A stretch of DNA of 64,000 bases. It comes from an uncultured Acidobacteriota bacterium (lineage in GTDB: Bacteria; Acidobacteriota; Vicinamibacteria; Marinacidobacterales; SMYC01). Shown one piece after another: positions 19,179-27,281 of the stretch (its first letter is position 1; each line of letters begins with the position of its first letter). The stretch lies in contig CAMYKY010000010.1 in assembly GCA_947259165.1 (NCBI GenBank), forward strand, positions 34,433 through 98,432, given 5' to 3'. The notes beneath the pieces are model-generated. The model was not told the origin of the DNA. It made no database searches and saw nothing but the letters and a program-made list of their open reading frames with translations. The position numbers and the translations under genes are program-made.

Positions 19179-20666
19179 ATGAGTAGCGCTAGCCTAGTCA
19201 GCGATCAGGAACAGACACAGGGCGACCGGAAGACCCTGGTCGTTCTCGTCGATGACGACCGTAATCTGTGCGATCTCGTCGAGCGGTTCCTCGAGCGGGC
19301 TGGGCACCGCGTCATCATCTTTCATGAAGGTGAGAGCTTCCTGGCGGCACTCGGTGCCATGATGCCGGACGCCATTTGCCTCGATCTGAGCATGCCCGGC
19401 ATCGGAGGCTTGGAGACACTCGAGCTCATCAAAGAACGACAGTCGCAATTGCCGGTCATCATCCTGACCGCTGATCACACGGTCGACAGTGTGGTTGGGG
19501 CAATGCAACGCGGAGCCTACGACTACATCGTCAAGCCGATCGACAGGACCAAGCTCATCACCACGGTCGGCAACGCCGTGGAGCACTACCGCATGTCGAT
19601 GCGGTTGCGGCAGCTCGAGCGCGAGGTCGAAGGCGACGGGTACAAAAACATCGTCGGCGAGTCACCTCCGATGAAGGAGCTGTTTCGCCAAATGGACCGT
19701 GTCGCGGCGAGCGATATCACGATCCTCGTTCACGGCGAGAGCGGCAGTGGCAAAGAGCTCGTCGCGCAGGCGATCTACGAGTCGAGCGGACGCAAGTCCG
19801 GCCCATTTGTTGCGCTGAACTGCGCCGCAATCCCCGAGACACTGCAGGAGTCGGAAATCTTTGGGCACGAAAAGGGCGCGTTTACGGGCGCCGTCACCCG
19901 CCATATCGGCAAGTTCGAGCAAGCCGACGGCGGTTGCTTGTTTATGGACGAAGTCGCAGAGCTGAGCTTGACGCTCCAAGCAAAGCTCCTGCGTGCCATC
20001 CAGGAGAAACGATTCCACCGCGTCGGCGGATCCACACAGGTGCGCTCCGATTTTCGCCTTATCGCGGCCACTCACCGAAACCTTCTCGAAGAAGTGAAAC
20101 GGGGCCGCTTCCGCGAGGATCTCTACTTCCGAATCGCGGTGTTCGAGCTGGAGGTCCCGCCGTTGCGCGCGCGCGGTGACGACGTACTTCGCCTCGCCGA
20201 ACGATTCCTCGAGCAGTACAAAGCCAAGGGTCAACCTCGGCCCCGCCTCGCCCATGAGGTCATCAACCTTCTGAAGGGCTACGGCTGGCCCGGCAATGTG
20301 CGAGAGCTCGAGAACATCATGCAACGTTGTCTGTTGATCGCCAAAGGAAACATCATCGAGCCCGACGACCTTCCGCCGCGGCTTTCGAATGCGTCGGTGT
20401 CGGGGGACACACCCTCCCCGGAGCTCGACGCACGATCGACGAGCTCGACGGCATCAGCGGCGGTTGGCACTCACCAGTCCTCCGCACCCTCCGCACCCTC
20501 CGCCTCGTCGCACCTCGACACGCTCGACCTCAAGCAGCTCGAACGCCGTGCGATCGAGCAAGCCCTCGTAGAAGCGAACGGAAATCTTTCTCAGGTCGTG
20601 CGCATCCTGGGCATCGGCCGAACGACCCTTTACCGAAAACTCAAAGCCCACAAGCTCCGAGAATAG
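19179..20666 (+). CDS. sigma-54-dependent response regulator (NtrC family)
   Basis: REC domain (KTLVVLVDDD...D phospho-acceptor context). AAA+ sigma-54 interaction domain (GESGSGKELVA, GAFTGA, ESELFGHEKGAFTGA). C-terminal Fis-type HTH (RTTLYRKLKAH). Confidence 0.9.
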   Translation: MSSASLVSDQEQTQGDRKTLVVLVDDDRNLCDLVERFLERAGHRVIIFHEGESFLAALGAMMPDAICLDLSMPGIGGLETLELIKERQSQLPVIILTADHTVDSVVGAMQRGAYDYIVKPIDRTKLITTVGNAVEHYRMSMRLRQLEREVEGDGYKNIVGESPPMKELFRQMDRVAASDITILVHGESGSGKELVAQAIYESSGRKSGPFVALNCAAIPETLQESEIFGHEKGAFTGAVTRHIGKFEQADGGCLFMDEVAELSLTLQAKLLRAIQEKRFHRVGGSTQVRSDFRLIAATHRNLLEEVKRGRFREDLYFRIAVFELEVPPLRARGDDVLRLAERFLEQYKAKGQPRPRLAHEVINLLKGYGWPGNVRELENIMQRCLLIAKGNIIEPDDLPPRLSNASVSGDTPSPELDARSTSSTASAAVGTHQSSAPSAPSASSHLDTLDLKQLERRAIEQALVEANGNLSQVVRILGIGRTTLYRKLKAHKLRE

Positions 20667-20689
20667 CCCCCCGCCGCGGGGACCTCGAC

Positions 20690-23600
20690 GTGATCAAATC
20701 AACTTCGGTACGGCGTGAACGTGAGGTCGCGGCGCGTATTCGCGAGCTCGGACGGATGCTCGCCGACCCGAATGCGACGCTGCAAACCCATGAGCTAGGC
20801 TCCGACGTGCTACTCGCCCTTCTCGACGGCGAGCGCCGGTATCGACAGCTAATGGAGCACAGTGGCGCGTTCATCTGCAGCCACGATCTCGGCGGGGTTC
20901 TACTCTCGGTCAATCAGTCGGGGGCGAAGAGCCTCGACTACCAACAAGACGAGATGGTCGGGCGAAATCTCAACGAGTTCATCGATATACAGCAGCAAGA
21001 TCAATTCGACGAATACTTGCGATTGGTCGCAATCGAGCCCTCGGTCAGCGGCGTGATGAGCGTCCGACGACGCGACGGTGAGAGTCGCACCTGGGCTTAT
21101 CACAACTCCCGATTCCAGGAGCCCGGTCAAGAGCCTTGCGTTCTCGGACACGCACAGGACATCACCGAGATGAAGCAGCTCGAGGAGACGCTGAAGCTCA
21201 CCCAGTTTTCAGTCGACAGAGCCGCCGACTCCGTCTTTTGGATCGCCGCCGACGGCCAGCTCCGCTACGTGAACGACGCCGCCTGCGACTATCTCGGATA
21301 CACGCGGGACGAGCTTCTCTCGATCTCGATTTACGATGTTGATATAACCCTCGAGCGCGCCGAATGGCCGGCACATTGGGAGCAAGTCAAGCAGCTCGAG
21401 CGTTTCACCACCGAGACGATCTACCGCACAAAGGACGGCCGCACCTTCCCGGTCGAGGTCACTGTCAACTTCCTGAGCTTCCGTGGACTGGAGTATCACT
21501 GCGTCTTCGCGCGCGAAATCTCGGAGAGAAAAGAAGCCGAGGACGCCATCATCGCAACGACCGCGCGGCTCGAAGGACTGCTCGAGAATCTGCAAGCTGG
21601 CATCTTGTTCGAAGACGACAATCGGCGCGTCGTTCTCGCAAACCAGACTCTGTGCCAAATCCTCGACATTCCCGTCCCTCCGAGCGCGCTCGCAGGCGCG
21701 GACTCGCGAACGTTGCTCGACCAGTGCAAGGACTTGTTCCCGGCCCCTGCGGCGTTTTTGGAGCGAGTCGAGAGCATCTTGCTGTCGCATACTTTGGTCA
21801 GGAACGAAGAGCTCACGCTCGACGACGGGCGCGTCCTCGCAAGGGACTTCATTCCGATCGTCACCCAGAACTACCGCGCTCACCTTTGGCAATATCGCGA
21901 TGTGACCGAGCGCAAGCGCGCCGAATCCGAGATTCTCAACGCCAAACTTGAGGCGGAGAAAGCGAACGCTGCCAAGAGCAGTTTTCTAGCGATGATGAGT
22001 CACGAGCTCAGAACGCCTCTCAACGCCATTTTGGGCATGACAGAGCTCTCTCTGGACACGAAACTGAACAAAGAGCAACACGAGTTCTTACAAACCATTC
22101 AAACCAACTCGGAGAACCTCCTGCGGCTCATCGACGACGTTCTCGACCTTTCCAAGATCGAGGCGAATCGCATGGATCTGGAACAGATCCCGTTTGATCC
22201 GCGCGAGCTCGCAGAGGAAGTTGCCGAGTCGTTGAATGTTCGCGCAGCTTCCAGAGATGTCGAGCTCGTCCTCGATATCGATCCTCACCTGCCGATGGAA
22301 ATCGTTGGCGATCCGAAACGGGTACGTCAGGTGCTCGTCAACTTGGTCGGCAACGCAGTGAAGTTCACCGAACAAGGCTCGGTAGAGCTATGCGTGGAAG
22401 TCGAGGACTGGAAACCGGGAGACCGTGTCGATCTGGTTTTCGTCGTAACCGACACCGGTATCGGGATTCCTCGGGACAAACAGGACAAGCTGTTCTCACG
22501 GTTCTATCAAGCCGAGAGCTCGACGACCCGCAAGTTCGGTGGCACCGGACTCGGCCTCAACATTTCACGCTCGCTCGTGGACCTCATGGGCGGGCGGATC
22601 GACTTCACGAGTAAAGCAGGCGAGGGCAGCACGTTCCGCGTCAACATTTCAACAGAGTCGCCCACCGATACGGAACCGAACTCGGCGCGCCATCGCGCTC
22701 AACTCGCGGAGGCAAAAGCGAAGGTTTTGCTGTGGGTGCCACAGGAGAAACGTCGCCGCACCCTCGCCAGGCTATTCATCGCATGGGGACTCGAGGTCGA
22801 GCTCGTGAGCTCGCTCGATGAGCTCGACGCCAAGCTCGCCGCGGCGGGCACGAGGCAAACTCTCACGGTATTAGAGCATCGCCCCAACCAACTGGATCTG
22901 GGCGCGCTGCGCAAGCTGCGCCAGCCTCCATTGCGCGAGCTTCTGCTATTGACCTCGATCGGCGCGAGCACATCGGCGGTCCTCACCGAAACGTGCCCTC
23001 ACCTCGTCGTCAAGCCGACGCGTCAGCAACGGCTCGCGGAGACCATCGCCCGCGCCCTCGGGCTGCGCGCCCAGGCGACGGCCGCTTCCGTCAGTGACCC
23101 CGCTCCGAGCCCAGCGGTGGCAGAGGGGAGCGCGCCGTTTCGCATCCTGCTCGTGGAAGACAACCCGGACAATCAGAAACTCGCGGCCCGCATCCTTCAA
23201 GGCGCTGGCGCAAGAGTCGATACCGCCGAGAATGGGCGGGAAGCGGTCACGATGGCCGAGCACACACTCTACGACTTGATCGTCATGGATCTCATGATGC
23301 CCGTGATGGATGGCTTCCAGGCGACCGGGCAAATCCGAGCCGGCGAAGCCGAGCCGAACCGGGTCCCGATCGTGGCTCTCACCGCGCACGCCACCGAGGG
23401 TTTCCGGGATCGGTGCTTGAAGGCCGGCATGGACGACTACCTGTCCAAGCCGTTCAAGAAGGAGCGTTTCCTCGCCGTCGTCGACCAATGGGTCGATCGT
23501 CGTCCTGTCATTCTCGTGACCGATGACGCCCCGGAGAACCGACTCATCGTGAAACGCTTCTTAATGCTCGGCGGCGACTACCGGCTCTTGTTCGCCGCCA

Positions 23601-24217
23601 ACGGCCAAGAAGCGGTCGAAATCTTCAAACGCCAGGCGCTTTCGCTGGTCCTGCTGGACATGGAGATGCCAGTCCTCAATGGATTCGAAGCCGCCCGCAC
23701 CATTCGAGGGCTTTCCGACGGGGATACGATCCCCATCATCGCCATGACCGCCCACAACGACACGCGCGAGCTCGCCCGCTGCACGGAAGCGGGCTGCACG
23801 ACGGTGATTCAAAAGCCGCTGGAGCGCAAGACGTTGAACGCGCTCGTCGCCAAACATGTCAAGGCCCGCGCCGATGACGAGCTCGAAATTCCCGTCGAAT
23901 CCGACTCTCGACCAGCACCCGCGGGGGTCGTCGCAGTGGATCCGGACATCCAGGACCTCGTACCTCGTTTTCTCGAGAACCAGCAAAACAACGCCGGGCT
24001 GGTACTCGAGCTCCTCGAAAACGAAGACTTCGCCTCGATCCGCCGGATTGGGCACAACATGAAAGGCACCGGCAAAGGCTACGGGTTCGAGATCATCAGC
24101 TCTCACGGCGCCTCACTGGAGCAAGCCGCGTCGCGCTCCCGCGCTGAAGATGTGCGACAAATCGCAACCGAGCTAGCCACCTACCTCGCCAACGTCCGTT
24201 GGCGGCCTAGCGGTTAG
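20690..24217 (+). CDS. hybrid sensor histidine kinase (PAS/PAC - HisKA - HATPase - 3x REC - HPt)
   Basis: GTG start 23 nt after the ntrC-like stop, with GGGGA upstream. PAS repeats, then HisKA (MMSHELRTPLNAILGMTEL) and HATPase (GTGLGLNISRSLVDLMGG). Three receiver domains (ILLVEDNPDNQKLA..DLIVMDLMMP; ILVTDDAPENRLIV..SLVLLDMEMP; plus one more). C-terminal HPt (HNMKGTGKGYGF). The upstream 363 nt of track ORF 20327.. overlap the ntrC-like gene. Confidence 0.85.
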   Translation: MIKSTSVRREREVAARIRELGRMLADPNATLQTHELGSDVLLALLDGERRYRQLMEHSGAFICSHDLGGVLLSVNQSGAKSLDYQQDEMVGRNLNEFIDIQQQDQFDEYLRLVAIEPSVSGVMSVRRRDGESRTWAYHNSRFQEPGQEPCVLGHAQDITEMKQLEETLKLTQFSVDRAADSVFWIAADGQLRYVNDAACDYLGYTRDELLSISIYDVDITLERAEWPAHWEQVKQLERFTTETIYRTKDGRTFPVEVTVNFLSFRGLEYHCVFAREISERKEAEDAIIATTARLEGLLENLQAGILFEDDNRRVVLANQTLCQILDIPVPPSALAGADSRTLLDQCKDLFPAPAAFLERVESILLSHTLVRNEELTLDDGRVLARDFIPIVTQNYRAHLWQYRDVTERKRAESEILNAKLEAEKANAAKSSFLAMMSHELRTPLNAILGMTELSLDTKLNKEQHEFLQTIQTNSENLLRLIDDVLDLSKIEANRMDLEQIPFDPRELAEEVAESLNVRAASRDVELVLDIDPHLPMEIVGDPKRVRQVLVNLVGNAVKFTEQGSVELCVEVEDWKPGDRVDLVFVVTDTGIGIPRDKQDKLFSRFYQAESSTTRKFGGTGLGLNISRSLVDLMGGRIDFTSKAGEGSTFRVNISTESPTDTEPNSARHRAQLAEAKAKVLLWVPQEKRRRTLARLFIAWGLEVELVSSLDELDAKLAAAGTRQTLTVLEHRPNQLDLGALRKLRQPPLRELLLLTSIGASTSAVLTETCPHLVVKPTRQQRLAETIARALGLRAQATAASVSDPAPSPAVAEGSAPFRILLVEDNPDNQKLAARILQGAGARVDTAENGREAVTMAEHTLYDLIVMDLMMPVMDGFQATGQIRAGEAEPNRVPIVALTAHATEGFRDRCLKAGMDDYLSKPFKKERFLAVVDQWVDRRPVILVTDDAPENRLIVKRFLMLGGDYRLLFAANGQEAVEIFKRQALSLVLLDMEMPVLNGFEAARTIRGLSDGDTIPIIAMTAHNDTRELARCTEAGCTTVIQKPLERKTLNALVAKHVKARADDELEIPVESDSRPAPAGVVAVDPDIQDLVPRFLENQQNNAGLVLELLENEDFASIRRIGHNMKGTGKGYGFEIISSHGASLEQAASRSRAEDVRQIATELATYLANVRWRPSG

Positions 24218-24317
24218 GCATTTCTCCAAAGAAAGATGGCGTTTCGAGGCGGGTTGAAGCCCAAAATTCCGTCCTATCAGAGAGGGATTAGACGAGCACG
24301 ACTCCTAGCGTCTGCTG

Positions 24318-26246
24318 GTGCTCTCACGAAAAAGATCGTGCCCGTGCCCGCGTGCGTGCCCGTGCCCGAAAAGCGAGCCTTCCGGATTTAGTCGGGGACG
24401 GGGACGGGGACGGGAACGGGAACGGGAACGGGAACGGGAACGGGGCACCCGAACCACGGACATTCTTCGCGGAGTGTTTGGGTATCGCACTTTTCGCGGC
24501 CAACAGGAGTCGGTCATCAACCGCATCGTCTCCGGTGGGAACGCTCTGGTGTTGATGCCCACCGGGGGCGGCAAAAGTCTGTGCTATCAGATCCCAGCGA
24601 TTGCCCGCGACGGGGTCGGAATCATCATTTCGCCGCTCATCGCGCTGATGCAGGATCAGGTGGCGGCTCTCACGGAGGCTGGAGTCCGGGCGGCGTTCGT
24701 GAATTCCAGCCTCGAGCGCCATGTGGCAAGTCGCGTCGAGGACGACATGGTCGCGGGTCGATACGATCTGGTGTACGTCGCGCCGGAGCGCCTCGCCACC
24801 GACTCGTTCGTCAAACGATTGGACGATACCCGCTTGGCGTTGTTCGCCATCGATGAAGCGCACTGCGTGAGCCAGTGGGGCCACGACTTTCGGCCCGAGT
24901 ACCGCAAGCTCGACTTGTTGCACCAACGCTATCCCAACGTCCCGAGAATCGCACTCACCGCAACCGCTGACGCCCCAACTCGGGGTGAGATTCTGACGCA
25001 CCTCGCGTTGTCCGACTCCGACGTGTTCGTCGCCGGCTTCGATCGTCCCAACTTGCGCTACGAGGTCGTACCCAAAGCGAACGGCCGCCAACAACTGTTT
25101 CGATTCATCCGGAGCCGCCATGAGGGGGAGAGTGGCATCGTCTACTGCATGAGTCGCAAGAAGGTCGAGCAAACCACGGAAGTGCTGATAGGCGAGGGGG
25201 TGCCGGCGCTCCCCTACCACGCCGGCTTGGACAAGTCAGTGCGCCAGTCCCATCAAAGGCGGTTCAAGGACGAGCCCGGGATCGTCATCGTCGCCACCAT
25301 CGCCTTCGGTATGGGAATCGACAAGCCGGATGTACGATTCGTCGCCCATCTCGACCTGCCCAAGAGCCTCGAGGCTTACTATCAGGAGACCGGTCGGGCC
25401 GGACGCGACGGGCTGCCCTCGGACGCATGGATGACCTACGGCTATGGAGACGCCGTGTTTATCCGACAAATGGTCGAGCGTTCCGACGCGCCTGCGGAGC
25501 GCAAGCGTCTCGAACAGCTCAAGTTGAACTCATTGCTCGGCTACTGCGAGAGCGCGGAATGTCGACGCGCAATCTTGCTTCGTTACTTCGGTGAAGAGCA
25601 CGCGGGAACGTGCGGCAACTGCGATACCTGCACAAATCCCGTCGAATCGTTCGATGGCACCACGCAAGCCCGCAAAGCGCTATCGAACGTCTACCGCACC
25701 GGCCAACGCTTTGGTGCTGCGTATCTTGCCGACATCCTCGTGGGCGCGTCCGACCCGCGGATCGAGCGCAATGGACACGCGCGCATCTCGACGTTCGGCA
25801 TTGGCGACGAGTTCGACCGGAACGGGTGGATGAGCGTGTACCGCCAGCTCGTAGCAGCCGCACTCCTCTTAGTAGAGCCGGAGCACGGAGGCCTGTCGCT
25901 CTCCGATCGAGCGGCGCCTCTGCTGAAAGGCGACGATACGTTCCGCTTGCGTCGCGACCCGACGCCGGTCAAGGGCAAGTCGCAACCACGCACCGGTTCA
26001 ACCGTCGATACAGTGCTGAGCTCATCCGCAGACCAGAAGCTGTTCGAAGCGCTTCGACAAAAACGCCTCGAGCTCGCGAAATCACAGCGCGTTCCGCCCT
26101 ACGTGATTTTCCACGATCGCACGCTCCTCGAGATGGCCCGCGTCCGTCCCCGCTCGCTGTCCGCCCTAGCCGACATCACCGGCGTGGGTGCCACGAAGCT
26201 GGACAAGTACGGGGATACGTTTCTTGAGTTGCTGAAGGATGAGTGA
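24318..26246 (+). CDS. recQ: ATP-dependent DNA helicase RecQ
   Basis: DEAH helicase motifs ([30 protein letters not shown]). Helicase-C and the Zn-binding RQC ([20 protein letters not shown]). C-terminal HRDC domain. The only in-frame start upstream of the conserved FGYRTFRG block is GTG 24318, so the repeat element is part of the ORF or the start is non-canonical. Confidence 0.9.
   Translation: MLSRKRSCPCPRACPCPKSEPSGFSRGRGRGRERERERERERGTRTTDILRGVFGYRTFRGQQESVINRIVSGGNALVLMPTGGGKSLCYQIPAIARDGVGIIISPLIALMQDQVAALTEAGVRAAFVNSSLERHVASRVEDDMVAGRYDLVYVAPERLATDSFVKRLDDTRLALFAIDEAHCVSQWGHDFRPEYRKLDLLHQRYPNVPRIALTATADAPTRGEILTHLALSDSDVFVAGFDRPNLRYEVVPKANGRQQLFRFIRSRHEGESGIVYCMSRKKVEQTTEVLIGEGVPALPYHAGLDKSVRQSHQRRFKDEPGIVIVATIAFGMGIDKPDVRFVAHLDLPKSLEAYYQETGRAGRDGLPSDAWMTYGYGDAVFIRQMVERSDAPAERKRLEQLKLNSLLGYCESAECRRAILLRYFGEEHAGTCGNCDTCTNPVESFDGTTQARKALSNVYRTGQRFGAAYLADILVGASDPRIERNGHARISTFGIGDEFDRNGWMSVYRQLVAAALLLVEPEHGGLSLSDRAAPLLKGDDTFRLRRDPTPVKGKSQPRTGSTVDTVLSSSADQKLFEALRQKRLELAKSQRVPPYVIFHDRTLLEMARVRPRSLSALADITGVGATKLDKYGDTFLELLKDE
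24337..24447. repeat. hexamer-TIR element, copy B, lying inside the 5' end of the recQ reading frame
   Basis: Left arm cgtgcccgtgcccgcgtgcgtgcccgtgcccg. 24-nt spacer. Right arm (cggggac)3(cgggaac)4cggggcac. The recQ frame reads it as [11 protein letters not shown]...[16 protein letters not shown]. Confidence 0.75.
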
Positions 26247-26275
26247 ATCCGACACCGAACTCCCAAGCTGAGATC

Positions 26276-26416
26276 GTTCCCGTTCCCGTTCCCGATTGAT
26301 CTTGCTCCTGGCCACTTTTCGGTTCGAAACCGAGCTATTTCGAGCCGCAGGCGGCGACCGAACGAGTTCGATTCAGCATACGTCGGGAACGGGAACGGGG
26401 ACGGGAACGGGGCACC
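26276..26416. repeat. hexamer-TIR element, copy C: (GTTCCC)3 ... (GGGAAC)n
   Basis: Left gttcccgttcccgttcccg. A 90-nt core containing ggttcgaaaccgag. Right cgggaacgggaacggggacgggaacggggcac. It lies 30 nt after the recQ stop and 26 nt before the selenoprotein-candidate ATG. Confidence 0.8.
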
Positions 26417-26441
26417 TTCATTCATGCTATAGATCTCAGCC

Positions 26442-27215
26442 ATGCCAGAGTACAACTACAAAACCTTCCCCCTCGACGCCGATATGCACGACTTCGTGCA
26501 ATTTCCCAATATCGCGCGGGTTGGGACCAAGGCACCGGACGGAGTGCTTATCGATGCCAAGGACGGCAGCGAAGTGCGGCTCGGGGCGCTCTACCGTAAT
26601 GGAGTGAGCGTCATCGAGTTCGGCTCGTTCACGTGACCCTACTGCGCGCAGGCGGGACCCGCGCTCGAGTCCATGGCCACCGAGTTTCGAGAATACGACT
26701 GCCAGTTCGTTTTCGTGTATACCCGCGAGGCGCACCCCAGCGATCGTTATCCGGGCCATGACAACATCGAGCGCAAGCTCGCGCACGCGCGGGCGATGGT
26801 GGAGCAGCTGGGCTTCGCGCGTCCGATGCTCGTCGACGATCTCGACGGGACCGTCCATCATGAGTTCGGACGGCTCCCCAACATGACCTATATCGTCAAC
26901 GCGGGCGGAACGATCGTCTATCGGGCTGCCTGGACCGACCCGCGTACGATTCGTGGCGCCTTCGAGCAAATTCTGTTCGAGCGAGGCGAGAGACGCGAAA
27001 AGAGACGGATCACCCCCTACTATATGGAGTGGCTCCCCCAACGCACCAACGACGACGTCCGGTTCGTCCAGGAGCTGTTCGAGCTCGGGGGCGGCCGGCC
27101 GGTCGACGAGTTCATCACGGCGATGGACAACGTGGAAGGGAATACGGCGACGAAGCAAATCAAACAGTGGTGGGAGAGGCGACAATCGCAACCCGAGACA
27201 ACCACCGAAAGTTGA
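26442..27215 (+). CDS. candidate selenoprotein: thioredoxin-fold, iodothyronine-deiodinase-like protein with in-frame UGA (Sec) at 26634-26636
   Basis: Track ORFs 26442..26636 and 26673..27215 are in the same frame and are split only by that TGA. The read-through peptide is ...VIEFGSFT-U-PYCAQAGPALESMATEFREYD..., close to the deiodinase/Dio-like motif FGSxT-U-PxF and in a redoxin-like context. A GC hairpin (GCGCG-caggcgggacc-CGCGC) begins 8 nt after the UGA, as expected for a bacterial SECIS. Confidence 0.55.
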
Positions 27216-27281
27216 ATTGCCTCGCCGGCCTAGCGGCGCGGTCTCGTTCTTATCCCTAGACCGAACTGCCGAGACGGCGCG

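Noticed and set aside
20327-20689. 5' extension of the hybrid kinase ORF overlapping the ntrC-like gene
   Set aside because: It overlaps the C-terminal HTH of the response regulator in another frame. An in-frame GTG with an SD lies just after the RR stop.
23561-24106. 181-aa antisense ORF within the hybrid kinase C-terminal region
   Set aside because: It is opposite strongly conserved REC and HPt domains and has no motifs.
26320-26336. tRNA-like T-arm motif GGTTCGAAACC inside element C
   Set aside because: There is no acceptor-stem partner, no CCA and no D or anticodon arms nearby. It is most likely a chance similarity within the element core.
24337-26416. Hexamer and heptamer repeat arrays as a possible CRISPR locus
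   Set aside because: The repeat unit is only 6-7 nt, the units are directly tandem with no spacers of 25-40 nt, and the arrays occur as inverted pairs. This is not CRISPR architecture.
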